From Eubacteriales bacterium (lineage in GTDB: Bacteria > Bacillota > Clostridia > Oscillospirales > CAG-272): 32,952 nt of DNA. The translations under genes were made by a program, and so were the position numbers. Shown piece by piece: positions 1 to 7,940 of the stretch. Below the pieces are notes generated by a model, which was given only the letters and a program-made list of their open reading frames with translations, did no database searches and was not told the origin of the DNA. The stretch is from contig JAZNWM010000089.1 in assembly GCA_045593345.1 (NCBI GenBank), forward strand, positions 1 through 32,952. Reading direction: 5' to 3'. Position 1 is the first letter of the stretch. Each line of letters starts with the position of its first letter.

Positions 1-115
1 GCTTCGTTTGGTATTCGCATACCGCAACAGCGGTATCTTGCCTGGCGAGGAGATGGTGTATGCAAGTATTACAACAAGTGTAATCAGCACAAATATCCCC
101 CCGAGCGGCAATACC
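1..115. repeat. Direct repeat copy 1 (113/115 nt identical to 13825-13939); may extend left of the window
   Basis: Manual alignment with offset 13824. The only differences are A/G at positions 65 and 71. Similarity collapses after position 115. Confidence 0.9.
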
Positions 116-346
116 GTAGACCGACCGATTATACTCCTTATGAGTACGTCTTTGGCGTTGGTGCTACGCACCCCGCATCGCCTCGCGATGCACTCACGGA
201 GCAATCTGCACACGCCTCGCTTGTGCGAGCACAGACTCGCTCTCGTTTGATTATGTAGCCTTCGGCTCAAACCGGTCGTTTCAGATTGAAGCCTTATATT
301 CCAAAAAGAAAAAGCCAAAACCAAACCGCAAGAGTTCAATTTTGAC

Positions 347-363
347 TTTTCTTGGTGGAGCAT
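347..363. repeat. Partial copy of the tRNA(CAT) 3' end; att-like left boundary of the island
   Basis: tggtggagcat (353-363) is identical to 14238-14248, the complement of the tRNA 3' end ATGCTCCACCA. With a 1-nt indel the match extends to ttttct / gtttct(g). Confidence 0.5.
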
Positions 364-416
364 TTTCAACGAACTTTGAACCAATTTAATGTATAGAATA
401 TTCTTTACGAATAATA

Positions 417-449
417 AAAGCCTTACTATCTTGCAGGTAGTAAGGCTTT
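417..449 (-). terminator. Rho-independent terminator downstream of CDS 535-2001 (palindromic, could act both ways)
   Basis: aaagccttacta-N9-tagtaaggcttt hairpin; T-rich tail on the minus strand. Confidence 0.7.
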
Positions 450-534
450 TGGGGAGCCGAAGTGTAGTTAAATCGAACTCAAAAATTAGAGCCGGGGATT
501 ACCCTTTAGATTTAACATGATACTATAAAAATGC

Positions 535-2001
535 TTACAGCCTTATTTTCAAGGCGGGAACCGTACCTAAGTTGGTATAGTCAACCCAGATAGAGCTATT
601 ACAATGTCCGTCTGTGCTACTTCTGTATGCATAGCCGCTACGGTTACAGTCGGGCGAGCGATGATACCACCAGCCGTTGCCGTAGTAGTCCTCCGTTGTT
701 ATCATCAGCGCTCCGAGTGCTCTTGAGTAATCCGATGTTATCATCTCTCTCGACTCATCTGCGGACTCGGAAGAAGAAAATCCGTAGGCTTCGTTGGTTG
801 CTTCCTCTTGAGAAAGAAGAAAAATCTTATCGTTGGTATTTTCACAAACGTATTCGTTAACACCTCCGTTATGTGCGGTTTCGTTGCCGTGGGGGTTAGT
901 GCTCTTTGCGCTGTTATCCACCTCGGTGATCAGAATTATTTCCTGCTGAAGCGCGCTGAATGCCGTTTCGTAGAAGGTTGCGTTAAGCCAGGCTCTTATT
1001 TCGCTGTACTTATAGTTATTTGCATAGGTGCCCTCGGGCACGCCGTCTGCGTTATTGTAGTATGTTTGATACCGGTCATAAAAATCCCATTGATATGGCA
1101 GGACGTCAATTATGCTATCGCAAAGGAGGAACGCCTCGCCATTTTCCTCGGAGAGTATTCTCCAACGGATGGGCTCAACCTTGAAGTAATATACGGTTCC
1201 TTTCGTTATGCTTGCTCCTGTGGAGAAGGTAAAGTCACTATAGTGAGGATCTGCACTTACCTTGGCATAATAGCATCCGTCGTCACCCAGGTAGTAGCCA
1301 CGTTCGTCGGTGGTTGAGGTAATGGTTACGCTATCGGCCTTTAACGTCTGGGGATATTCGCCGAAATAGATGTAATCGCCATCGCGGGTGTATGCCTTTT
1401 TGCCCTCTTTACCGCAGGTAGTACATACTCCGTCCTTGAAGGTGTGTATATCCTCAAGGCATTTGCGAAGGGCTGCTATCTCCTCATCCTTTTTCGCGGA
1501 GGCCTCGTTAATCTCGCCTACCAAAGCCTCGAGATTGGTTACCGTGTCATTAAGGCGGACAATCTGAGCTTCGAGATCCTCCTTCGTGCTGTTAAGCGAA
1601 GCCGCCTTTGCTTCAAGAGTCTCAACCTGCTCCTCAAGCTTTGATATTTCCTCCGAAAGTGCGTTGGAGTTGCCGTCCATAAGTGCCTTAAGCCTTGCGG
1701 TTTCGGTCTCAAGGTTTGTGATTTCTTCCTCAAGCGAGGCCTTTTCAGACTCAAGTGCGATCTTCTCCGCGCGGAGTGTTTCAAGGTCTGCCTTGAGTGA
1801 TGTTATCTCGGCAGACTGCTCCGCCTTTTCTGCTTCCAACTCAGCTATCTCATCGTTAGCTCCCTCGAGCTGTTCTGTCAATTCCGCAACCTGAGCGCTT
1901 AACGCCTCAACATCGCCGTCAGAGCCTGCACAGGCCGGCAAGCCAAAAAGCGACGTGCACATGAGTATTGTAAAAAGAATTAATGATATTATTTTTTTCA
2001 T
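535..2001 (-). CDS. Lipoprotein with a long N-terminal coiled coil and a C-terminal DUF6273-like domain
   Basis: Signal peptide with lipobox (LFGLPAC). About 150 aa of E/L/A heptad-like coiled coil. C-terminal motifs YIYFGEYPQ, IRWRIL, SEIRAWLN, DKIFLLSQEEA and WWYHRSP are typical of DUF6273 as I recall it. RBS AAGGAG. Confidence 0.75.
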   Translation of the reverse strand: MKKIISLILFTILMCTSLFGLPACAGSDGDVEALSAQVAELTEQLEGANDEIAELEAEKAEQSAEITSLKADLETLRAEKIALESEKASLEEEITNLETETARLKALMDGNSNALSEEISKLEEQVETLEAKAASLNSTKEDLEAQIVRLNDTVTNLEALVGEINEASAKKDEEIAALRKCLEDIHTFKDGVCTTCGKEGKKAYTRDGDYIYFGEYPQTLKADSVTITSTTDERGYYLGDDGCYYAKVSADPHYSDFTFSTGASITKGTVYYFKVEPIRWRILSEENGEAFLLCDSIIDVLPYQWDFYDRYQTYYNNADGVPEGTYANNYKYSEIRAWLNATFYETAFSALQQEIILITEVDNSAKSTNPHGNETAHNGGVNEYVCENTNDKIFLLSQEEATNEAYGFSSSESADESREMITSDYSRALGALMITTEDYYGNGWWYHRSPDCNRSGYAYRSSTDGHCNSSIWVDYTNLGTVPALKIRL

Positions 2002-2029
2002 TTTCTTTCTCCTTTCTACTCTACATGTC

Positions 2030-2515
2030 TTACTTCAAGATCTTGAACTTACCAATAATGGGAAGCACCTTTGCCCTTCCATTCAACGCGTTGATGATGC
2101 CAATGACGGAAAGAACCATGATGATAATGCTTACGACCGGGGCGAGAAGCCAACCCAGAATCGGGATTACCATAAGAATGGAAGAGGCAATTCCTCCGAG
2201 GAAGAGAACAAGTCCCTGGTTCGCGTGAAATCTTGCAAAAGGAGAGTCCTTCGCAGCAAGAAGAGGAATAAAGAACAGTATATAGGCAAGAACACCCATA
2301 ACTTTATTCTTTTCAACATCGTCCTTATCAAATTGTTCGATGGTGTCTGTCGTATTTCCTGGATTTATCTCCTTTGTCGCAGGAGCGTTCTGCTCTACCG
2401 CAGGCTCGGTGTTTATTTGCTCGGTTGTTGAGCTGGGTTCGACCGCCTGACCACATTCGGGACAGAATTTTGCATAATCTTCAATTTTTGTTCCACATTT
2501 TTCGCAGTATGCCAT
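2030..2515 (-). CDS. Zinc-ribbon membrane protein (N-terminal CxxC...CxxC, C-terminal DUF4870-like transmembrane (TM) region)
   Basis: Start moved to MAYCEKCG (ATG at 2515) because AGGAGG lies 7 nt upstream. CEKCG...CPECG zinc ribbon, then a low-complexity linker, then 3 hydrophobic helices with an HANQ motif. Confidence 0.75.
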   Translation of the reverse strand: MAYCEKCGTKIEDYAKFCPECGQAVEPSSTTEQINTEPAVEQNAPATKEINPGNTTDTIEQFDKDDVEKNKVMGVLAYILFFIPLLAAKDSPFARFHANQGLVLFLGGIASSILMVIPILGWLLAPVVSIIIMVLSVIGIINALNGRAKVLPIIGKFKILK

Positions 2516-2589
2516 AGTAGTTCCTCCTATTAAAAAATCTTTTTTGTTTTTAAAAATTCGCACACGCGGGCGATGGCTTACATTATACT

Positions 2590-3261
2590 TTATTTGCCGA
2601 TAGATAAAGAGCTTGTACCGTTTGCAAAGGTAATCGAGGCGATGTAGCCGTCTGCATTTTCGGCAGTAAAGGAATAAAGAACCATTTCACCAAATTCCCG
2701 ATCCTCGACAACCTCGTTGATATTAAAGCCTGCCGCCTTTACCTGCTCGACGTAATCCCTTATCTGTTCTACTGTTGCGTTCGTAAATGTAGCACCAAAG
2801 CTTTCACCCTCAATATACGTCGCCTGCAATTCAAGGCTCGGCTTGGGAACAAGCCTTGTATATTCGTTGTCGGGCCAATTGCCACCGATCTGTCCTTCAC
2901 CACCGTCTGCATCCTTGACTACCCAGCTGCCGTCAGGCTTCTGAACTACGACCGTACCGTCCTCATTATCTACAAAGGTCGTGCTACCGTCCGCACCGAA
3001 GGAAATATCGATCCCCTCCGCCTTTCCTTCCATAACAAGCTGCTGCTTGCTTGCTTTGTCCATTTGACCGTAGATCACTGTAGAGCTTCCAATACCTGCC
3101 AACAGAGAGTCGGTATTGCCACCGTTATTATTATCCTCGCCGTTATGCGAATTGTCGGGGTTGTTTTCTCCGTCACCCGAGGGGTTGTCGTCCTTATTTC
3201 CGCAGGCGGCAAGGCTAAATACCATTATTAAAATCAATAAAAATGCTAATATTTTTTTCAT
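2590..3261 (-). CDS. Hypothetical lipoprotein
   Basis: MKKILAFLLILIMVFSLAAC lipobox, then a G/N/D-rich linker. Good ORF with an RBS. Confidence 0.8.
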   Translation of the reverse strand: MKKILAFLLILIMVFSLAACGNKDDNPSGDGENNPDNSHNGEDNNNGGNTDSLLAGIGSSTVIYGQMDKASKQQLVMEGKAEGIDISFGADGSTTFVDNEDGTVVVQKPDGSWVVKDADGGEGQIGGNWPDNEYTRLVPKPSLELQATYIEGESFGATFTNATVEQIRDYVEQVKAAGFNINEVVEDREFGEMVLYSFTAENADGYIASITFANGTSSLSIGK

Positions 3262-3324
3262 TGTGTTATCCTCACTTTCTTATTATTGAATAGCACGCGT
3301 GCCATCAGCCAAATGGGTGTGTGA

Positions 3325-4308
3325 TCAATAAGTCAAATTTTCCACCATATCGGAGAAGCCAACCTCCAACAAGCAATCATAGGCATAGTAATTTGAGATA
3401 GCGTAGATTCCGTCTTTTTTGAGGCAGCAACGATAGCCGTCCTCACCGTTAGTTTCCCATTCTACCTCCCAGCCCAGATCCTTGAGCTGATGTGCATAGT
3501 CAATAGCATCCTGATTAGTAGCACAGTGATAATTAAACCACGCCGCGTAATATTCATCGGGAAGCTTATCCTTGCTTAAATCAAAGTCGACGTCATCGTA
3601 GCCGTAGGTGAAATCCTGAATGGTGTAGCCTTTGTTGTAGTCGCATTCCGTCATACCGCACTGAGGCAGAGGAATACCGTCAATAAACTCGGGAAGTGTA
3701 AACAAGGAATCTGTTGCACTTACGCTAACGGAATAATCATACGCCTCCTCGCTTATAGACTCACGAACGAAAATTTCCATAAACCAGCCGTTGCCAAAGT
3801 AATCGTAGTACGTCCACTCGCCCGTTTCCGTACAACCGCCCACCATACCCTTGGCTTCTACTGCCTCCGTAAAAGTGTTTAGCTGATCCTCGGTTGCATA
3901 AAAGAACACGCCGTATTCTCGATAATCTTCCTTGGACTCATAATATAGAGGACCTACGGCATAGGAACCATTTAGGGTATCGTGCTTGTAATCCTTAAAG
4001 GTAGTCTGATCCACCTTTACTCCCTCGGGGGGTGCCGGGAAGCAGTCCGGCAAAAACTCTTGATCCCACACATCGTAGATGTAGGCACCGTACCGGTTCT
4101 CGTCCCATCCCTCGGGCATCAAGCCTTCCAGCTTATCCATAGCATCCTCAAAATCTTCCACGTCTTCGTCCGAGATGATGGGATCACCGTTGCCGTTGTT
4201 GGAAGTGCCGGAGTCATCGCCATCTGTAGTTTTGTCGGTATCCTTACCGCAAGCGGCGAGGCTAAATACCATCGCTAAAGTCAGTAAAAGTGCCAATAGT
4301 TTTTTCAT
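3325..4308 (-). CDS. Hypothetical lipoprotein
   Basis: Start moved to MKKLLALLLTLAMVFSLAAC (ATG 4308), preceded by GGAGGAAATTA. The ATGA overlap with the upstream CDS stop suggests translational coupling. Confidence 0.8.
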   Translation of the reverse strand: MKKLLALLLTLAMVFSLAACGKDTDKTTDGDDSGTSNNGNGDPIISDEDVEDFEDAMDKLEGLMPEGWDENRYGAYIYDVWDQEFLPDCFPAPPEGVKVDQTTFKDYKHDTLNGSYAVGPLYYESKEDYREYGVFFYATEDQLNTFTEAVEAKGMVGGCTETGEWTYYDYFGNGWFMEIFVRESISEEAYDYSVSVSATDSLFTLPEFIDGIPLPQCGMTECDYNKGYTIQDFTYGYDDVDFDLSKDKLPDEYYAAWFNYHCATNQDAIDYAHQLKDLGWEVEWETNGEDGYRCCLKKDGIYAISNYYAYDCLLEVGFSDMVENLTY

Positions 4309-4679
4309 TGTAATTTCCTCCTGATTTGTTTTTTGTTGTGTTCGTCGTGGGAGTTCCTTCGACTTGCGCAATCCCGGCACAGGTCGTCTTCCTCCTCCAT
4401 TGCGAAGCATTCGTCGCAAACAAATCTGCCACAAGAGTTACATTGATTAAAACGTAGCCTTGCTTCCAGATTTGCCCTCTCGAAAGCCGCGTCGTGATCG
4501 ATACGGAAGAGAATGTCCTTTGCCTTTTTTTCGTCGTCGGATAGCGACTCCGAGAAGCCGTGAACGAACGGATATTCCTCGCTCGTCCATTCCCTTTCGC
4601 ATCGGTCGCAATAGAAGGAGAATTTGAAGTAGACGTCCGTCGATCTATCCCTATGCTTTTGGGTAATCGTTTTTAGCAT
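4305..4679 (-). CDS. Cysteine-rich cytoplasmic protein (putative zinc finger)
   Basis: Start moved to MLKTITQ (ATG 4679) with AGGAGG upstream. Motifs CDRC...CNSCGRFVCDEC...CRDC. No signal peptide. Confidence 0.7.
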   Translation of the reverse strand: MLKTITQKHRDRSTDVYFKFSFYCDRCEREWTSEEYPFVHGFSESLSDDEKKAKDILFRIDHDAAFERANLEARLRFNQCNSCGRFVCDECFAMEEEDDLCRDCASRRNSHDEHNKKQIRRKLQ

Positions 4680-4731
4680 CGCTATCTCCTCCTTCGTGCT
4701 TTTTGCAACATCATTCCTATTGCACATCTAA

Positions 4732-4761
4732 ATTATACCCGAAAAACTCACCGCCTGTCTA
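4732..4761 (-). promoter_or_regulatory. Sigma-A-type promoter for the 4679->535 operon
   Basis: Minus strand reads TAGACA-18 nt-TATAAT, about 45 nt upstream of the RBS of CDS 4305-4679. Confidence 0.55.
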
Positions 4762-4846
4762 TTACCCGCACATTACCCTTTCGGGTGATTTTTAGGGGGA
4801 AAAGGGGTATTTTTTGCAAAAAAACATTACCCATACGGGTATACCC
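4734..4846. promoter_or_regulatory. Cluster of (A/T)TACCC half-sites including two palindromes; candidate LuxR-type operators
   Basis: Half-sites: TATACCC 4734-4740, ATTACCC 4761-4767, GGGGTAT 4804-4810, TATACCC 4840-4846. Palindromes: ATTACCC-TTTC-GGGTGAT 4772-4789 and ATTACCC-ATAC-GGGTATA 4826-4843. Confidence 0.5.
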
Positions 4847-4870
4847 ATGGATTGTCGGTATTTTTGCATC

Positions 4871-4900
4871 AAAAAAGCCCGACCGTTTCCGATCGGGCTT
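4871..4900 (-). terminator. Rho-independent terminator after the beta-helix/LuxR gene
   Basis: Minus strand: AAGCCCGA-loop-TCGGGCTT followed by TTTTTT. Confidence 0.75.
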
Positions 4901-4913
4901 TCACCGTATTTTT

Positions 4914-7274
4914 TTACTTGAACAATGCAAACAATTCGTTACGTGAGGCAACTCCAAGCTTTGCATATATGCTCGTTATCTGCTTTTTGACCGTATTCTC
5001 GCTAATGTAAAGCATAGCAGCAATTTCGTTTCGTTGCTTGCCTTCGAGCAGAAGATCAAGCACCTCTTTTTCTCTCGGAGAGAGCATACTAGTGTCGGGT
5101 AATTTCTTTTCTGCGGTAACGGCAGGCTCACCGACAACGACGACCGTCTGTTCCTTCCGTCTGAATACCACAAGAGCAAGAGCCGCAAGACCGCCTGCAA
5201 ACAACACACCGAAGGTGATGATCAGCACCGTTGCGATAGGAAAGTCCTTTTCGTAGAATGCGTAATAGGTGACATCTCCTGCGTGTGTGAATATTTCGCC
5301 GTCCTCGATTTTATCACCCAACCCATCCTCGGTGCTAAACCAACCACCAAAGCTGTAACCCGATTTCTCGATAGCCTCTGGGAATGAAATAGACGCATCG
5401 TAGGTCTGCTGTACCGTGATGGTCTGCGCGTTGCCAAAATCAAAGGTCACCGTGTAAACGTTTGGAGTGAATACTGCGTGGAAATCTATGCTTTTGGTTT
5501 CGTTTCCTACGATGAAATATCGGTCTGCCTGATAATCAAAATTCTCGGCAAGTGTCCAAGAGGTGAGCGTATAGCCTGTCTTTTCAAAGGCAGGGCGCGT
5601 TGGATGTGTGCCTGAAGGAAGAACAACGGTTTCCTTGCAAACGCCGTCCATGAAGAATTTGAAGGTCACATCGTGATTGTTCGCACCTACGGTAAACGTA
5701 CCGTAGTAGTTTCTATCTCCCAGCTTTTCCTTGATGAAACTGGTGGAAACGGTGGGGGCGTGTACGAGATGACCTTCCTCGTTGTACCATTCAGCCGGGG
5801 CTGTGCTGCCGAAATAATTGTATCCGTTTTCCTCAGCGGGCTGTTCGACTTTCGGATTGTGGGTTTCATACAACTCGTCAACCACCAAATTCCCGTAGTA
5901 GTTGAGATAATTTATATCAAAAAAGTCGGGATACCACGAAAACCAAAGCCATCTATCCTCGCCGTATCCTGTATAATCGGACATTGCCGTTTTACAGGTG
6001 TTGTTCTCTATCGTACAGAACAGTAAATGAATTGATCGAGTGCTGTAATCAAGCGAGGGATTATAATCTGTAAAAATTGCGCCCATTGCATTCTCTGCGT
6101 AATTTTTACGGATCTCTGTGTTGCTTACGTTTACGCTTATTGCACCGTTGAGATAAATCGCGCCTCCGAGACCTTGATTGCTGGCAAGTCCGAGCGTGCT
6201 TCGCTTATCCTCAGTTTCCGGAATCGCCCTGTTCTCGGTAATATAGCAGTCCTCGATATCCACGCTTGATATATCTATTCCTATACCGCCGCCAACCGAC
6301 GCCTTGTTGCCGACAATTTTACAATTGCGAACAGTAATCTCCGAGCCGTCTGTGCATCCGATAGCACCTCCGCTTAACATATCTGCCCAAAATCTTTCAC
6401 CGCCGTAAAAGTAGTTCGCATCATTCCTCTCGAAAACGCATCCCTCAAAGGAGGCAGCAACGTTCCTCATATAGATAGCACCGCCACCGACAGCATTCTG
6501 AACAAATCCCGACTTGTTATCGTTAAAGCTGCAATCCTTAACGTTCAGAGTAACGTTCTTGTTATTCGCTTCCACGTATACAGCACCGCCGCCGTACAGT
6601 GATGCGTTGGAGGAAAAGCTACATCCCTCCAAATTAAGCTCTAATCTATACGGCACATTGTCGCCATGCTCGGCTTCAAGCCAGGGAGTCAGCGTATAAT
6701 CGGCGTAAAACGCGCGAATCGCAGGACCGTACGTATGCATATAATTTTTGAATTCACAATTTTTAAAGCCTGCGATTGCATTGCCCTTGCACTCAACGGC
6801 ATACTGATTTTTTAACGGATACGGAGATAATTCCTCACCCATACTATCGTATGAAAGCTGCCAATCCTCGTCCGTAATCACATTCGTATCAAGTCCTTCG
6901 TTAAAAGTGATTCCTTCAAATGAAAACGTGGAGTATTCGCCACCAATCTTCGTTCCGTTCAGTATGAAGCTCGCCCCTGTAAATACGGCGTTGCCGTCCG
7001 TCTTGCCGCTTTTTATAGTAATGTTTTTATCAATAATAATTCTTTCAATCGTATTAACGGCACCGGTAGAGTTTAGATTGAAATCAATATCGCCAACGAG
7101 AATGATATCGCCGTTCTCCGCCTTGTTCAGAGCGTTGATAAAATCATTTCTTGTCGTAATCAGCTCGTCCTCACGGGAGATTGCCTCCGCACCGACCGCT
7201 ACATTAATCGCAAAAGCCAAGCACAAAAACAACAAACACGAGAGAACATATAAAAATTTATGCTTTATCTTCAT
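4914..7274 (-). CDS. Membrane-anchored regulator: secreted beta-helix plus Listeria-Bacteroides-type repeats, one TM helix, C-terminal LuxR/GerE HTH
   Basis: Start moved to MKIKHKF (ATG 7274; GGAGGA RBS).
- N-terminal signal/anchor.
- Repeated GGGAIY / GGAIG / NxxxxGG motifs typical of right-handed beta-helix (pectin-lyase fold) proteins.
- GYTLTSW and GYSFGGWF motifs (Flg_new-type repeats).
- TM helix PIATVLIITFGVLFAGGLAALALVVF followed by RRK.
- C-terminus LSPREKEVLDLLLEGKQRNEIAAMLYISENTVKKQITSIYAKLGV is a canonical LuxR-type HTH. Confidence 0.8.
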   Translation of the reverse strand: MKIKHKFLYVLSCLLFLCLAFAINVAVGAEAISREDELITTRNDFINALNKAENGDIILVGDIDFNLNSTGAVNTIERIIIDKNITIKSGKTDGNAVFTGASFILNGTKIGGEYSTFSFEGITFNEGLDTNVITDEDWQLSYDSMGEELSPYPLKNQYAVECKGNAIAGFKNCEFKNYMHTYGPAIRAFYADYTLTPWLEAEHGDNVPYRLELNLEGCSFSSNASLYGGGAVYVEANNKNVTLNVKDCSFNDNKSGFVQNAVGGGAIYMRNVAASFEGCVFERNDANYFYGGERFWADMLSGGAIGCTDGSEITVRNCKIVGNKASVGGGIGIDISSVDIEDCYITENRAIPETEDKRSTLGLASNQGLGGAIYLNGAISVNVSNTEIRKNYAENAMGAIFTDYNPSLDYSTRSIHLLFCTIENNTCKTAMSDYTGYGEDRWLWFSWYPDFFDINYLNYYGNLVVDELYETHNPKVEQPAEENGYNYFGSTAPAEWYNEEGHLVHAPTVSTSFIKEKLGDRNYYGTFTVGANNHDVTFKFFMDGVCKETVVLPSGTHPTRPAFEKTGYTLTSWTLAENFDYQADRYFIVGNETKSIDFHAVFTPNVYTVTFDFGNAQTITVQQTYDASISFPEAIEKSGYSFGGWFSTEDGLGDKIEDGEIFTHAGDVTYYAFYEKDFPIATVLIITFGVLFAGGLAALALVVFRRKEQTVVVVGEPAVTAEKKLPDTSMLSPREKEVLDLLLEGKQRNEIAAMLYISENTVKKQITSIYAKLGVASRNELFALFK

Positions 7275-7479
7275 TATAGTTTTCCTCCACATCTGACAAA
7301 TCCACACCGTTATTCTTGCACCAAATAATAAACTTGCCGATTGCTCTTGCCTGTGGCTTACGATTCTCACGCTCCCAACGGCTGACGGTTGAATAGGAAA
7401 CACCGACCGCATCGGCAAATTGCTGTTGGCTTAGTAACCTCTCGGCTCTTATATATCTGATTTTTTGCGATAGAGTCAT
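7258..7479 (-). CDS. XRE-family HTH transcriptional regulator (73 aa)
   Basis: LSQQQFADAVGVSYSTVSRWERENRKP is a classic HTH_3 signature. GGAGGA RBS. The 3' end overlaps the next CDS by 17 nt. Confidence 0.85.
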   Translation of the reverse strand: MTLSQKIRYIRAERLLSQQQFADAVGVSYSTVSRWERENRKPQARAIGKFIIWCKNNGVDLSDVEENYNEDKA

Positions 7480-7513
7480 GCATTTTCCTCCATAATGTTT
7501 CTTAATATGTCAT

Positions 7514-7542
7514 ATTATATCACAAAATAGCCATTTCGTCAA
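7514..7542 (-). promoter_or_regulatory. Sigma-A promoter of the XRE/LuxR pair
   Basis: Minus strand TTGACG-17 nt-TATAAT. The word TCGTCAATAA occurs twice (7536-7545, 7564-7573), so the -35 sits in a direct repeat. Confidence 0.65.
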
Positions 7543-7625
7543 TAAGCTTTGATGTATTTACGCTCGTCAATAAAAAGAAAGGCACCACTTGGATGACTAC
7601 CGTAAATTGGTTTTATATTCAAATC

Positions 7626-7655
7626 AAAAAGGACGAGAAGCTTCTCGTCCTTTTT
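7626..7655. terminator. Perfect 15+15 palindromic bidirectional terminator
   Basis: AAAAAGGACGAGAAG|CTTCTCGTCCTTTTT. Confidence 0.85.
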
Positions 7656-7719
7656 GCACTCTTCCTTGACTGCAAGGTGTAGTGCGTTATACCGTATTAT
7701 TTGTTTCGGGCGGTAAGAG

Positions 7720-7940
7720 AATGATGTTTTTGCTTGCGCAAAAATGATGTTATTCGCTTCGCTCATAATGATGTTGCTCGCCAAGGCTCGCAATGATGTG
7801 ATGTTTGCCATAAAATGTGGCGAAGCCACACATCATTAGCGAAGCGTCATCACCGGACAAAGTCCTACATCTTTGCCGAAGGCAACATCACTTGCCCGCA
7901 AGGGCAAACATCATTCGGCTGACCTGCTTTATCGCAGGTC
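7720..7940. repeat. Divergent array of ~9 short units (small GNRA/GAA-loop hairpin plus ACATCATT-like word), followed by a hairpin
   Basis: AATGATGT at 7720, 7743, 7767 and 7792. The inverse word ACATCA(T/C) occurs at 7830, ~7846, 7867, 7885 and 7908. Hairpins at 7816-7830, 7855-7865, 7873-7885, 7892-7907 and 7921-7940. Confidence 0.8.

Noticed and set aside
8-250. ORF 8-250 and its counterparts 13769-14083, 13777-14040 (+) and 13699-13965 (-)
   Set aside because: They lie in the repeat/scar regions, are mutually overlapping, lack an RBS, and have Arg/Cys-rich translations with no motif. Their partial duplication reflects the DNA repeat, not a protein family.
491-516. Extra ATTACCCTTT word downstream of the last operon gene
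   Set aside because: It is a single half-site with no palindromic partner and lies outside any promoter. It is probably chance or a relic.
808-1894. Plus-strand ORFs (808-1317, 1444-1644, 1586-1894) opposite the coiled-coil lipoprotein gene
   Set aside because: They are antisense to a gene with a signal peptide, an RBS and domain motifs. The Ser-rich products mirror the Glu/Leu/Ala coiled-coil codons.
3325-4434. N-terminal extensions offered by the ORF track (also 2030-2563, 4305-4727, 4914-7418, 10864-11247, 17115-17987, 24604-25755, 25927-26403, 27881-28699, 30943-31626)
   Set aside because: In each case an internal ATG is preceded by a strong GGAGG-type RBS at 6-9 nt. That ATG begins a signal peptide or the conserved N-terminus, and the extension overlaps the upstream gene or terminator. 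The shorter starts were used.
7720-7915. Possible CRISPR array
   Set aside because: The repeated core is only ~8 nt, with 15-17 nt between cores. The units occur in both orientations and the 'spacers' are themselves related hairpins. There are no cas genes. This is not CRISPR-like.
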